Assembly: GCA_002633005.1 (NCBI GenBank)
Contig: NMRA01000243.1
Coordinates: forward strand, 526,140-590,139
DNA: 64,000 nucleotides
Direction: 5' to 3'
Source: Phoronis australis
Taxonomy: Eukaryota; Animalia; Phoronida
Shown: positions 12,228 to 25,193 of the stretch, piece by piece
Numbering within the stretch: the first letter of the stretch is position 1
Layout: every line of letters starts with the position of its first letter
Position numbers and translations under genes: made by a program
Notes under the pieces: generated by a model
Databases searched by the model: none
What the model was told of the DNA's origin: nothing
Seen by the model: only the letters and a program-made list of their open reading frames with translations

Positions 12228-15200
12228 TGCAACGCTTATCTGCCTTATAGTGTTGACGCAGGAAGGTATTGTTTGTCGTCCGCGATATTGATATTCGACT
12301 TAATACTGCCGTTTGATGATTTGACATTAAGAGTTCCGTTTAACGGTGGCCGCTTAAAAATTTAATATCCGCTTCACAGATGTTACGGATTATCCTGAGA
12401 TTATCGAGATGTTTCAAGTTAATGCGTCTACGTTTGAAAACGCAAGACTAGTTCTATGGCCAACTAAACGCAATTAGTTATTTTGGGTAGTATTGGCTTC
12501 CTGGAGTTATTAGATTTGACCATGGGTATAACGCAGAAAAGTCTGTTGTGTTTTTGTGATTTAAGAATAAATCATCGATTCCTAACAAAGGCTCCCAGTC
12601 AAGGTAAACTGAAATCGATTTGGCGGCGACCTCATCAGCTGGGCACTATGAAAATGGCCAACGCTTTCAGTATAGTTCAGACCAAAGTCGGCGTTAAAAA
12701 CATCCGGGGGCTACTGAGCATATGTGAAGATAAAGAGGCGAGGAGTCAAAGCACGTTGGAGGAGTAACACCTGTAGATAAAAATAAGCATTTTGGAACGA
12801 AATCAAGTACTGGAGTCTGGAAAGTTAGGCGGAGCATCAGCTTCAACTGAAAAATCAGAAATCGTCTATCATCTTGTTATAACGATATAGTAAGTCGTAA
12901 CGACTAAAGTCGTTAACGACATAGTGTAACGATATAATCCACGATTTTTCTTTCTCGGCCCTAATGCTCCGTGAAAGGAAAGTCGTGTGAAATCAGTTGA
13001 ACATTTCCAGTGATTGCGAGCTTGCTCGGTCAGATCTGCCCCCCTCTTCCGTCTTGCACAAACACCTTGCCAGTCATGCTTAATTTTTTTGTTAATTTCA
13101 GTGAAGAAGAGCGTGTGATGCTTCCAGTCTTTGACTAATTAAATTATTGAATCCGTTGCTGAAACTCAAAAGTTTTCGAGTAATCTCGGCCAGTCGCCGC
13201 TGGACACTTACGGCATCTCAGTCAGACCATAGACTATAGTACATGGACCGCCACTGAACTCCGTATACTTTCAATGGACGAAATCTATGATCTTACGCAT
13301 AAGCCCTTACGTCATTATTCACTGGCGACACCTTGCTAAATTTTCTGGTGCAATTTCCGGCAAGTACGTCGTCTGCTAATCATGGTCGGCTACTGTGTGG
13401 CAGGTTGTTCGGCCACACACGCGAAATGCAAAGGAATTAGCTTCCATACCAATACTAATAATTCCAGCCAACCAGGTCGCGTGAACATGTTATCTGATAA
13501 CGTTTTTGTTTACTATCGATGTACCTTCTTGTTTTGATCAAGTTTACTGAAAAGAAATGGTTACGTGGCCCAATTAATGGCCGATTGGGCAAATGTCAAA
13601 AATCAAATTATACAGGCTTCCTGCTTTCGGCAACATGTGCAGACTTTTACAGAGTGAAAATTTATAGCTTTCTAGATAATTTGACAACATACGAAAATTT
13701 GTCCAAAAGGTCCTACACTGCACTGAACTATTCTGTTTCGATCGTTAATTCGTCGTTTAAGAAAAGATAATCTATTATTATGTTAGATTGAGTAAGTGGC
13801 CTACATCGGGACCGCGCTACTGACTGCGAAGACGCACCGCGCTACTGATTTCGAAGACGCCACGCTATCGTGACACTGCGTCTCCGTAGGATATTCTATG
13901 CAAGTGAAACTGTCGAGATCTGTGTCACTAGTATTCAATTAAACATTTTTGTTGTCTCTAATAGACGTAATTTGGCAATTCTGAGATTGAAATCTGCAGC
14001 CGTCGCTGTATGGTAAGTTTTCTTGGAACAAGGGACTGCACGTCTCGCTTCACAAAGATGATACCATTTGCGTCGATTAGTACGAGCGCCACCTAAATTT
14101 TTTTCGGCGCTAAATGTGGTTCCTGATGGGGTCGTACGATAGTAATTGGTGTAATCAGTTAATGTCAGGAGTAAACGAAGAGATGACAAACTTGTGTTCA
14201 CCAATAATACTAGGCATATTTAACATGTTCAAAAGTTATTTGACCGTTTTACTCCGACTTTAAAAGAGCTTCAAGAAGTCTTTAGTAATGAAACAAACAA
14301 GTTTTCAACAAACACCATCCCATACCGATTGATAGTTCACGAGAAACCAGCAACCGAACAAACACAGCCACGGCAAATATGCATTGAGGATGGCGACGGG
14401 AACGACTCTGGTTGCTAGCGACCCTAGCGACCAAATAAATGTGCAGTTTAATCTTACTTCATCGATTCATCGGAAGAATACAAACAATTATCAGCACTCT
14501 GAGATAAAATGTTTGTCGTTACCAAGACAAAAGAGCGTTTAAAGATAAACATTTAAAGTGCGCGAGCACCCCAGTTCATGCAGATTGGATGTGTTTTATA
14601 GTAACATTACTGCTTAAACCTACCTTTTTTCATAATGTTCATATTTTGAGAGATAGTGGAGAGGAAATGTTACTTTAAAACAACAACTTTAGCCAGAGGC
14701 TAGTTGATGAAGAACCGAGTTTGTTTTACTATTATGTAATCCTGCTCGCAGATGGGCACTGGCAACGAAGGGCCTGGTCGATGGTATGATAAGCGATAAT
14801 CACCATGACTGTGACTAGCTGGGTTGCGCAACTTTACCGATGCAAACAAAACGATTACAGCGTGACTCGGGGACTCACCCAACTCTGGTGGGCTCTTTTT
14901 TCTCGATTCTATAATTGTCCAAATTATTAAATAATGAATGCTGTTCTTGACTTAATGAAAAGTATATTGTGGCATGTTTCTATTATTTATAGGTGTGGCT
15001 CTTTTAGGTGCTCGCTTGCGTGTGACCTTGATGTACTGCCGTAGTTTTACATCCCGTATATATCTATGGATAGGGTGTCTCGGCAAATCCCTCCTTCCCT
15101 CCCTCTTTCAGCTAAGATATGTTTATCACCAGTTAGGGAACGCTGCCCTAGCGGGTACCCGTTTTCCAAATTACTAAGGTAATGCGTTGGTTGGCGATCT

Positions 15201-15354
15201 GAATTTAGAATACGCAATTGTAGCGAGGCACCTAATGTGAACGACACCCCCCGCCCTCCTGATCTATGCTACAGATTTCTAAGCAAACAGTGTCAAAAGT
15301 AAATAACTATACATTGCTCAGTGCTCACTCACTGTATTGACTCTCGCAGGCATC

Positions 15355-15406
15355 ATGTTTCTCGAGTTGGGTCTCGTAGCTTTACTGCTCTGTACCACAC
15401 AGACAG
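15355..15406 (+). CDS. Ly6/uPAR (quiver/sleepless-like) GPI-anchored protein, first coding exon (signal peptide)
   Basis: MFLELGLVALLLCTTQT hydrophobic signal. Acceptor ctcgcag just upstream and donor G|gtgagt (phase 1). Confidence 0.85.
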
Positions 15407-15664
15407 GTGAGTATAACTTATTTACTACTAGCTATGAGGAATTTTCAATACTGAGTACCGATAAGCCGGATGTAAATCAAAGAAATCCATTAACTTCACG
15501 TCAAGCGAATATTCACACTAAAATGGCTTCGACTGGTGCGAACCGTTAGTGACAACGTATTAATGTTTAGTGACTATAGGTGATCGTATTCCGCCAACTG
15601 GTCAAACCTGCACCGTGCAGCCCATAATATCAACCTCAGATGGAGTCTGCACCAGTTCATTTAA

Positions 15665-16599
15665 AGTGTACGCAACATGACTCTAGTACCTCAAAATAAA
15701 TTTTATTATTATATCTTACTTGATTTCAGTGCCTTTAGTGCACAGCTCATAAAGAAACACGTAAAAATTGAAAAAAAAATAATTAAGTACAACGTCATGG
15801 GTTGAACCCAAGTCGTTCGTCACACTGTTCGGATCAGCAACTATATGTATAGAGTGAAGTGAAGCGTAAAGAAGGTTCGTAGATGGATGAAAAGATGTGT
15901 TTGCGGAGGCAGCAGCAACAGCAGTCAGACGGAGAACGTCGCGGTGTTCCGATGGACGCCAAAGTTGCGCAGTAGTGGCATCGCTTCGTGCGCCGAACGA
16001 GAGTGTGGGACCTCAGCATAGACCAAGCGATTCTGTCCGGAGCCACTCTGTGTTCTGCTCACTTTGAGGAGTCGTGTTTCGACTCCAATCAGAGGAGATG
16101 TTACGATGAAGGCCTGGTTCAATAAAGGACAATATTTACTATTCAGAAACATCGGCTCTTTATTCAGGATCGTCTGTTGGATGACTGGGTTGACTGGCCG
16201 AGCCCGAGGCCGCTTCTCTCGCTGGAGGATCCAGTTCGTAAGACCTCAAAGTAGAAAAGTACACAGCTGAAAACATATCAAACTCGTTCTCGCTTTCGTG
16301 CAACACCATTTCGTCATCCTGGCCACCATTCTCGTACGTTTCTTCATAGTATTTGTTCATTTCTTGCTCGTAATCGTTGTCGCTTTCAAATTCCCTACTC
16401 TCCGCCGTTGTTCAATGCTCTTGTGTTCAACCATGATGTCACATGGCGGGAAATGTGAAAATTGGCAAAATTGAAAGAGAAATCAAAATTTCGAGCTAAT
16501 GACACAAAATAATCATGGATTTGGCTAACTTTTACGTCATACATTTAGTCTGTGGCCACCGGTAATTCGAAATGTGCAAAAATCCATGGTGTGTACTGT
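15665..16599. mobile_element. Internally deleted Kolobok-like DNA transposon in the Ly6 intron
   Basis: TTAA at both flanks (15661-15664, 16600-16603). Imperfect TIRs AGTGTACGCAACATG / ACAGTACACACCATG. Degenerate THAP domain on + (15887-16083: MKRCVCGG.SN...AKVAQ*WHRFVRR...LCSAHFEESCF) faces an acidic ORF remnant on - (16408-16140). Confidence 0.7.
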
Positions 16600-16747
16600 T
16601 TAAGGGTTCTTGGAGGACATAACTAATGAACACGGTGCGTAAATGGGGAACTTGTTAGTTTTGAAAGGATACTGATCATTATGTTTCGTGCCACGATAAA
16701 TAAAATGACGTCCAAATAACAAGGCTATCGATTCGTTCTCCTTTCAG

Positions 16748-16918
16748 TTGACGCTATCAAATGCTTTGAATGCATCGACAGTGCCAGTTCACCTGATCCA
16801 GCATGTAACGACCCCTTCAACCTGACCAGTAGTACAGCCGCGGCAAGTAACAAGACGAATGACTGTGTTTATGGATGCATGAAATTTGACGATGGGAGCC
16901 TCAAAACAACGCTTGGCA
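16748..16918 (+). CDS. Ly6/quiver-like protein, second coding exon
   Basis: Acceptor ctcctttcag|, donor A|gtaagt, phase 1-1. Encodes VDAIKCFECIDSASSPDPACNDPFN...CVYGCMK, the AIKCxxC...C.DPF start typical of invertebrate quiver/sleepless-type LU domains. Confidence 0.9.
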
Positions 16919-17507
16919 GTAAGTGCAACTTAAATTTACGTTGTGAACATTCCAGTTGGTGCCGGTTAGGGCCAGTCATTAAGAAAGAATAGCTCTTCCT
17001 ATGTGTCATTCGTCCTTCCTTGCAAGACCTAAGTCCTTAAAATGACTCTTAAGAGGGGGGGGGTGGTTGGATTTAGGGGTAGGGTAATAGTTTACTTCAG
17101 TTATACGAAAAGCGGTGATCTCATGATTAATTTATGGTCAATCCAAGGTCGTGCTTTCGTGTTTCATTCACGCATGTGCATTGGGAGAGCCGCGAGCTGA
17201 AGGCAGGCTGGTTTGTTTGGTGATATTTCTGCTATTTATTGTTTGTTTAGGGCATTCTAAATCCGAAGCTATAGCACCTTTTTCAACACTAAATATCCAT
17301 TTGTGAAAAGTTTTCATTTAATTTTTGCAGTCTTAACTGCACAAATGGATGTGGATCACAAAAGATAATGCAAATGTTAATGTTGTTTCATGGCCTACAA
17401 TTTTTGTGCTTTCGACATTTTGCATTACTATTAGCCCCATTATAAAAATCATTTAATCGGAATCAAGGTCAGAAACGGTAATATAAAACCATGGATTCTT
17501 TTCTCAG

Positions 17508-17770
17508 GTAGTGATTGGCGTGTGAAGAGAGGATGCTACATTCCCGGCGACGACCCGTGGCCGCGGTCTAACAATTACGACCCTTACGGAGCAGGAAAGC
17601 GTGAAGGTTGCAGGGGGAAGTATGATCGAACTGAGGGGACTCTGAGAGCCGAAGGAGAAAGAGCGTGCTTCTGCCAAAAGGATTTCTGCAACGAATCTGA
17701 GAGGGCAGGCATCTCGTTGATAACGCTCATTCTTGCAATAACTTGCGTGTTGGGAAATATACGAAAATGA
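17508..17770 (+). CDS. Ly6/quiver-like protein, last exon with CxCxxDxCN motif and GPI signal
   Basis: Acceptor ttttctcag|GT. Encodes VKRGC...CFCQKDFCN followed by the hydrophobic tail ISLITLILAITCVL; stop at 17770. Confidence 0.9.
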
Positions 17771-17965
17771 GGAGGCACACAACGGGTCCTATTAGCCGTA
17801 TAACTGTCTAACTTTCCAAAAACGTATGGACGTTGATCGAACATTTACTATTCCAGGTAAAAATGCCCAATGTGACTGCTGTTCTAACACGGGAGAATTC
17901 GTTTTTCCTAAACTGTTGATGTCGGGAACATGCGCTGTTCAAGATCAGGACAAACAGCTAAGAAT

Positions 17966-18191
17966 CATAGGCGGATTTAGGGGGGGGGGGCAGGGGGCCC
18001 GGCCCGCTCCCCCCCCCAGATCGCGGCGTTCCCGTTTTTTTTTAGTCCACCTGTAGTTTTCCTGAACAGCTGGTTCACACACCCAGATCCCGCAACTTCG
18101 GGCCTGAGCTAAACATACAATCGCACTTTGCCTGATTCCCCGAGACAGCATGTTGGGCCCCCCCCCTTATGGTATCCTAGATCCGCCACTG
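17966..18191. mobile_element. MITE with 5-bp TSD (AGAAT), hAT5-like, in the Ly6 3' region
   Basis: Ends CATAGGCGGATTTAGG...CCTAGATCCGCCACTG, with AGAAT on both sides. Confidence 0.8.
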
Positions 18192-18631
18192 AGAATACAC
18201 GTGTTTTCGCGAGATTCGTGTGCATACGCACGTCACCAACACGAAGACTTCCATACTTATTTAAGTCTGTTTCTCTGTAGTCAAATTTTAACGCTACTCA
18301 CCACGACGCATTAAGTACTAGTGTTCTAGTAAAGCATTAAATATCTGAGATTTACGACCACGTGTACAATTTATTTATCAACAATTCAGTAGATTGGCTT
18401 ACAAGTAAATAAATACAAGAAAACAGTCTTTAACAATTAATATAAAGAAAACCACTTCATAGATTTGGTTTCATGCAAATTATAATCAGCATACCATTAA
18501 AATAAACAAGGGAAACAAAAAGGCGTATATTTTGTAACCAGACTCCTTCACTATCTCTTCGTAACGTAGTAGCTGGCACACCATCTAGTGTTCAGAAAAG
18601 GAACCACCTAACTGTGATGGTGCTTTTCACG

Positions 18632-19281
18632 TGATGATACGGCCGTGAGATAAGCGCGATATTGAATGGTGAGATACGAGAGAATTACATTTCCATATCA
18701 AATCGGCCGTTTCATCAGAAAATCACTCGTCAAAATCTGTCCCAAGCATTATGCAAAGCTGAGACCGCTTTCGCAAGGACAAAGCGGATGTGTGTCAGTT
18801 CTTATTATGCCTTACGTTTCCTGAATAGTAACGAGTTCACTGTCAAGTCCGCAGGTTTTACATGCGACACTGTTACAATATGATTTTCAAATACATAAAA
18901 ATTCACAAATGACATTCACACTTGCGTTGTTACACTGAAGATTTTTATCCAAAACGAGAAAATTCAATCAATTCTACGACATGAGTCAAAGCGATCATAT
19001 TTTTAGTAGCAAAAGCACAATGAGGTAGAAATACGAGATACCTTTTAGACATTGCAAGAAAAGACATTCATTAAAATCGCGTGTACAGAAAGCTTAAAGG
19101 ACGGTCATTTTCGGACACGTGTCTAGCTGTCTGTTTTTCACGTATCTCGATATATTTGAACTTCTGATGCAACCATGAGCACTCTTTAGCCTGTATTTAT
19201 CCTATAAAGGTGGTGACACGGCCGTGAGATGCGCGCGATATTGAATGGTCAGATATGACGAACTACTTTTCCATGTCAAAT
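18632..19281 (+). repeat. ~70-bp diverged direct repeat pair (18632-18703 and ~19210-19281)
   Basis: ACGGCCGTGAGAT..GCGCGATATTGAATGGT.AGATA....A.TAC.TTTCCAT.TCAAAT is present twice. Confidence 0.75.
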
Positions 19282-20310
19282 GCATTTGAAGTCTGGTTTC
19301 ACACTGCTTCAAATTTTGCGTACACGGATCTGGATATATCAACCACCGCATGTAAAGTGTGTAACATGTATTTCTGACACTTTTACGTTAGTAATTATCA
19401 AACTAATCAAAGCTCCGGCGTGGCAAAAGGTAGGTCCACGGTGTAGTCCTAAATCAAGCGAATTTGAAATTAAATAAAATAAATATTAATGTCAAAAAGG
19501 CACAGCATAAGAATGAAACCAAACATATTGAAAAAAACACCAATAACAAAAACACATTGCAAAACGAATCTTTACACGAATTTTTACATGACGCTGGAAG
19601 ATCATAAAACCCACAAACCAAATGCAGTAGTAACCACACAAAATCTTGCTCAGGCAGATCTATATTATCGTTAAATCGTAATAAGTCCAAACTCGGGACC
19701 CCGTTCGGTAACGTAAAATACTGGCGAATGCAAGCCAGTGAGATCACGTGTTTGGGTTGCAATGCATGGCGAAACTCTGGAAGCCGCGATTTCAAGTGAA
19801 TGCACGGGCGATATCTTACGAAGACTTTCGTAATCTCGTCAATCTTGCAAGAGGGTAGTCATACGGAACGCAGCCCAGAATAACGACAATTTGTTTAATA
19901 TGCCTCACACACACAAAGGTGTTCTACATAAGTCGTACCCTACAAAGCCTCACACTTTCTGTTTCGACGGATTTGTTCAACGCTTGACACAATCATTGCA
20001 ATTCACTCCCTCATTACAAAATCCGGATTATAATAAAATTGCCTGACACAATCATTACGTGAAGCTTAACGCAAAACGTTGTTCACTTCACATAACCATG
20101 GGAAATTACTCGAAATGTGCGCAACACATTCCAAGTTAACATTTATAACATTTCTTCGAACCCATTAAAACCCAGGTGTTGGATTCAGCAATCAGATCAT
20201 TGCAATGCACTTTTGAACCGATAACTAAGATTTCGTCCAATAGAAGTCGTCGTAGTTTGTCCTTGCAATGCACATGTCCGATATTCGTGAGTCAACATGC
20301 TAAACCATAT

Positions 20311-20398
20311 CTATAATATTACACACGACTGCTTCGCTTCTTTGCCTTTGTCTTCTTTTAGTGAATGTTTCCTTGGACGTGTTTGTCCAGATGGCGAC
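20311..20398 (-). CDS. Terminal exon of a small CaaX-box protein (SPSGQTRPRKHSLKEDKGKEAKQSCVIL*)
   Basis: Acceptor gtctttttgtag|G (phase 2). A Lys-rich stretch is followed by CVIL and TAG, a canonical prenylation signal. Confidence 0.75.
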
Positions 20399-23300
20399 CT
20401 ACAAAAAGACCACATAAAGGGAAATTTACAACAACTGAAAAATTCCATTTATCGTCTGTAGACAGTGGGCCAGGCTCAGGTTCGTGAATTCATTCACCTG
20501 ACAGTTTATTTTTTCAGTGTATGACTAAGTATTGACAATTCATTATTCTCCAAGTTTAAGTTGCACATTTTCTGTGTGGGTTAAATTGTACATATCTTGA
20601 GTAGAAGAGTGCGCTGTACACAACCGTATTAGTCAATCATAAACCAAGAAACCAATTTCTGGTACCCGTGGTAGATGCAGATTATACATCTACCGCGGGT
20701 ACCAAAGTAGAATATTCTTGGCTAAAGTCAAAAGTTAACATTGCAACAGTTTAGCCCACGTGATCAGAGCAATGGGCCCACCTGAGCGACCCTCGCATGT
20801 ACCAGACAGCCTGCAATTATTTTTTTAAGTTTCAATTAGTGCTGCTTTTAACGAAAATGACGCCGACAGAACAGAGTATACTTATTTAAAAACAACATTT
20901 AAGATTTAAAGTTGAATGACATAAAGCAGAGGACGAGCTGACCAACCAGGTAAGAGAACTAGGTCCATATCTGGCGTGTCCGTTGTTTTCAATCCGCAAC
21001 AACTGCAACCATTTCAACACACATAAAAGATAATTTATATCAGCAAGTGCCCACCGTATAACAAAAGTTAGTTGTTTGATAACTTCTGTAGAGAGTACCA
21101 TAGGTTTGAATAACGCTATTTATGAAGCTACACCAGCCTTCAGAATTAACAAACCACAGTGTTTAGTTAGTGTATGTTTTACCCAATGCAATTGGAAAAT
21201 ATGATTCTTTACCAAGACAACGTTTATCAAAATATGCCCTAAAAGCACATTTTGCCAAGAATTTAATACTAATTGTATGAGTAAATGAAAGGGGATAAAA
21301 CTTCATTAATTTTACAAAAAAATCTACTTTTCAAGCAAGTTTCATCACATCTTTGTATACAACTGAAATACTGGAACATTGAAACTGACCAAAAATGAGC
21401 AATTTTGGGGTAGAATTGAGAGCTCCAAGAATTTGTTAAATATTGACCAATATTCAACTTCAAGCGTTTCGCATGTTTTGAACTTCGTGGTTCACGTTAG
21501 GCAAAATGGCGTAATTGGTTCCGGTCGGTAATGCGGTATTTTTAGTTGCTCACTCTTTCAAAAAAGACATGTTTTCAGAGCTAACTCATGCATTTTTTCT
21601 GTGAAAATCCTGATCCCCCCCCTCGCCCTTGCGAAATCCTACAGTAGATCCGCCAGGGGCATTGGTCGAATATCCTTGACAGTGCACTTCCATTGGCATC
21701 GATATGTATATAGGATGAATTTCAATCAAAACCTATGTATCTTTGAATAAAGTAACAAAAAATAACTCCCGCCTCCTTATTAAAGTAGAAAACCATCGTT
21801 TTAATGTCACTTTGTATAAATTACTATTTTCTAGTTACCTTAGATAATTTAATTATGAATGCGTCACTCCGAAGTGACGTTCGTGGCCAGAATCATTGCC
21901 CGTCATCTTTGTTTGTGCGATGATTCATTGTGGACATCTATAGACTGTATATTATTTCCAAAAAATGCTTTGAATTATTTGCCTTCGACGAGTATTCTCA
22001 GGCAATCCTAGATTGAATTAGAACTCAGCTGAGGGGGATTTAGCCATTGTTTGATCTGCAGTGGACGGGATTTTTGGCAGATGTCGGTGACCACAGAAAC
22101 ACGGCGTGTGGATATGCACCCTTTGTAATCCGAAGGTACCTAATGTTTGCCGCACACGAGACAGTTATGCACTGCTTGAGCCGCGGTGTGAACGGGCAAC
22201 GCTGCATTTCTTGACATGAAGTAGCAAACTCCAACGGTTCCACTGGAAATGAGTTCAGCGTAACTCCTATACTCGTCGTGAGCTCGTGATCCTTATATCC
22301 GGGTACTCAACAACTTCCCGTCATGGTGAAAAACTCGTTTAAAGCGCATCCGTTGTGAACCAAAGTCCTCCGAAGTTCATGTACACGAAGCTGGCGGGCA
22401 ACGATTCGGCCCGCAAACGACAGTTCCGGAATGAAGCGTGTATAATTAAGTAGAGCTCGGAGGACTTTGATTAACTTTAAATTGATACAGAATAACCAGA
22501 GCATCATATTTTCACTTAACATGACACTGGTTGACAACGATTTATTATACCTTTAAGGTAACATTAAAGAAACGCGTACGAAATGGAACTCGTAATACGA
22601 TTTACAATGACAAAGTCTTAGGTCTTTGTGATGATGCTCTGGCAACTCTAATGTGAACGCTTACAATGTCTAGCATTTCTGGAAAGGCCGGCCAGGGCAG
22701 GAGAGTAGCGCATTAAATCAAGTTCATTTTTATCTGGCTGTTGTTACAAATCCCACGTGGAGATTCTTTCGCCCTCGTGCAGGCTTGCCTGCAGTTCCAG
22801 ATTAATAACTCTCGGGGCTCCTACGCTATAAAGAGTCTGATGGCTCTGTGGCTCTATTACTACTTCCCAACCCTCCCTCCGAGACAACANATTGTTTCAA
22901 TGGAAAGCTAGTGTATTGAATACGCGGAGTGTGTAGATAGGTGTTTCGAGTCCACTTGCCGACTTTCATAGAATGCGCTCCTATTTTCGGTCAACTGAGG
23001 AAATCATTGTCTACACACTCCGATTGTCGTATACAAAGTTGCGTGCCACCTGGGTCTTAGTGAGGTATGACAAAAGTGCTGAAAATCCGTCTACCGATAA
23101 TACTCATGTAAGAAAATCAATTATGAATTGATTGCCTAAACAAAAGCCAGATATCACCAATTTATGACAGTATACGCCAGGTGGTGTCATTCTTTGTCGT
23201 TCTAGACAATTCTGTGACCCGACAAGCACGGCTTGAGCGTATTTCAAAACGGTGAAGTATACAGCGAAAATGTATATTAGTTTATAATGGACCTAACCTT

Positions 23301-23653
23301 GCTCAAAAAGCATACTAGAGAGAAGCCCGGTATACATGCAATTTAGGGATACATCACGTGTCTCTCGTCTTCGCAATGTTCACTTGTTTAATTTAGGAAT
23401 TGCTGATTTTCTTGAAATTTGAAAGTATGTCTGACATCAGCTGATTGAGTTTCGAGGCCGGTGATTTCCCTGGCTGCGGAAATTATATGCTTGTTTGGTG
23501 ATAATTAAATTGCAGGTCACAATTTAAACTTTTTTGTGTGCAATAAGGAAAGATCGTCACCGCGCATTGAAATTTCGACTTGGCGAGTTGTCCATGCTGT
23601 GCGTTGATGACTATACTCCGGTAGACTGACGTTGACTCAGCTAGGCTACTCAC

Positions 23654-23718
23654 CAGTTTAGTCCCGGAGCCGGTTGCCGCAACATATCCCGATGTGACAT
23701 CTTGAGTTCCCGCTCCAT
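23654..23718 (-). CDS. Candidate alternative first exon of the CaaX gene (MERELKMSHRDMLRQPAPGLNW)
   Basis: ATG at 23718 is open to a consensus donor TG|gtgagt in phase 2, the phase required by the CaaX exon. Confidence 0.35.
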
Positions 23719-24156
23719 AAAATCCGTTTAAGCAAAAATTTTAAAACAACAATCGATGCGCTTTATATTGGAATTTCTCTGAAGTGTCATGGCATACAAC
23801 TGAGCCCTTGTTTCAATAGTTCCCCTTCGCCCAGCACTGAATTAACATATAACGAGCAAAAAACATATGACGAGCATTGGCAATCACATGGGCACACGGT
23901 CCCCCCAGTCGAGAGCCGAACTACTTCAAAAAGCCCGGAGCACATTATCACTTATTCATGGGTTTAGGGATACACTTGCGGGCACTAGCACCAAAAAATC
24001 ACTATAGGGTTTATTGCAAAGAAGCCGGACGGCTTTTGACACTTGTTTATTGGCACCACCATAGACATCACAAGATGTCTATGGGCACCACATTGTATGA
24101 AATAGCGACACATACTCGTCGCAAGATATGTTGACGTCAGCGCTGTTTGTCCTCAC

Positions 24157-24231
24157 CTTCCTCGCAGGTTTATGCGACACCTCTCGGCCGCCCAGTGTTG
24201 TGGACAGAGTACGGGATGATATGAACGCAGA
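24157..24231 (-). CDS. Candidate 75-nt cassette exon of the CaaX gene
   Basis: Long U-rich tract ending ttttaatcag| and donor AAG|gtgagg. Length is divisible by 3 and it is stop-free in phase 2 (LRSYHPVLCPQHWAAERCRINLRG). Confidence 0.4.
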
Positions 24232-25193
24232 CTGATTAAAACATTAAAAAACGAAATAAAATTAAATCGGGTAGCATATGCTTTTAATCATTACTAGGTA
24301 TGCGGATAATTAATATTTGAAATCCTAACATAGGCCTGCTACAGAGGACGCCACTTGGTATTTAAGAAGTAGTGACCACAAAATTATACGTGTCACGCTA
24401 ATCTTTTCTTCACTCGAAATGTTGGATTGCTTTTTGGACCCTTGTGTGTGGCAATTTCCGATGCAAACAGCAACCTTATTGGTCTTCATGTGTCTGCCAA
24501 AAGGCTCGTTGATCACTGAGTTTTGATTAGTAACTAAGTAGGCCTATTTAAATAACAATTTTGATTTTTGCCTCATTTAAGCTTATACATAGATATTAAA
24601 GTACCGGTGCGATGGAAAGGAATTGTATGGAGATGCTCGTCCATCATACGAGAGCGAATAATAATCATTTCGACCCTAAAAATCAATGTAAACGAGAAAA
24701 TAATATGGTTTGATAGCGCTTGATCACGCGGCGTGCTATCTACGTGGACTTACAGTACAAACTGTCACTGTCACTGGTACATGGATATTTACTTATTTTG
24801 TGCACAACATAGTTCTACGTTTTGTAATTCCTCTAACCTTTGAGGACTGCCGTTGTCCCATTTACAGGAATCACAAAAAGGCACGTAGTCCTAAAATCGA
24901 TACTATTGAAATTACAAGCCTCCTACATGTACATCAGAATCCGAGCTTGATTGCGAAGTCAACAGGATATAATGTCGAGATCGTTTTCAAATAACGCAGC
25001 GAATGTAGAGTGCAGAATGCCAAAAATAATAAAATATGTTGTTCGTAATTGTACATTCATTCAAAATCTTTAACAGCAATTGTTTCAGTGTTTTTATGGC
25101 AACGTGATCACTTCTGCAGAAAGCAACATTAGCATCAAATTGAAGACTTTCGGGCGTTCTTCTACCTTTTCGGTGTCTTCAGTCTGCACACCT

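Noticed and set aside
12043-13860. Short tandem duplications (20 bp at 12043-12080, ~26 bp at 13810-13860)
   Set aside because: Two-copy slippage duplications with no sign of function.
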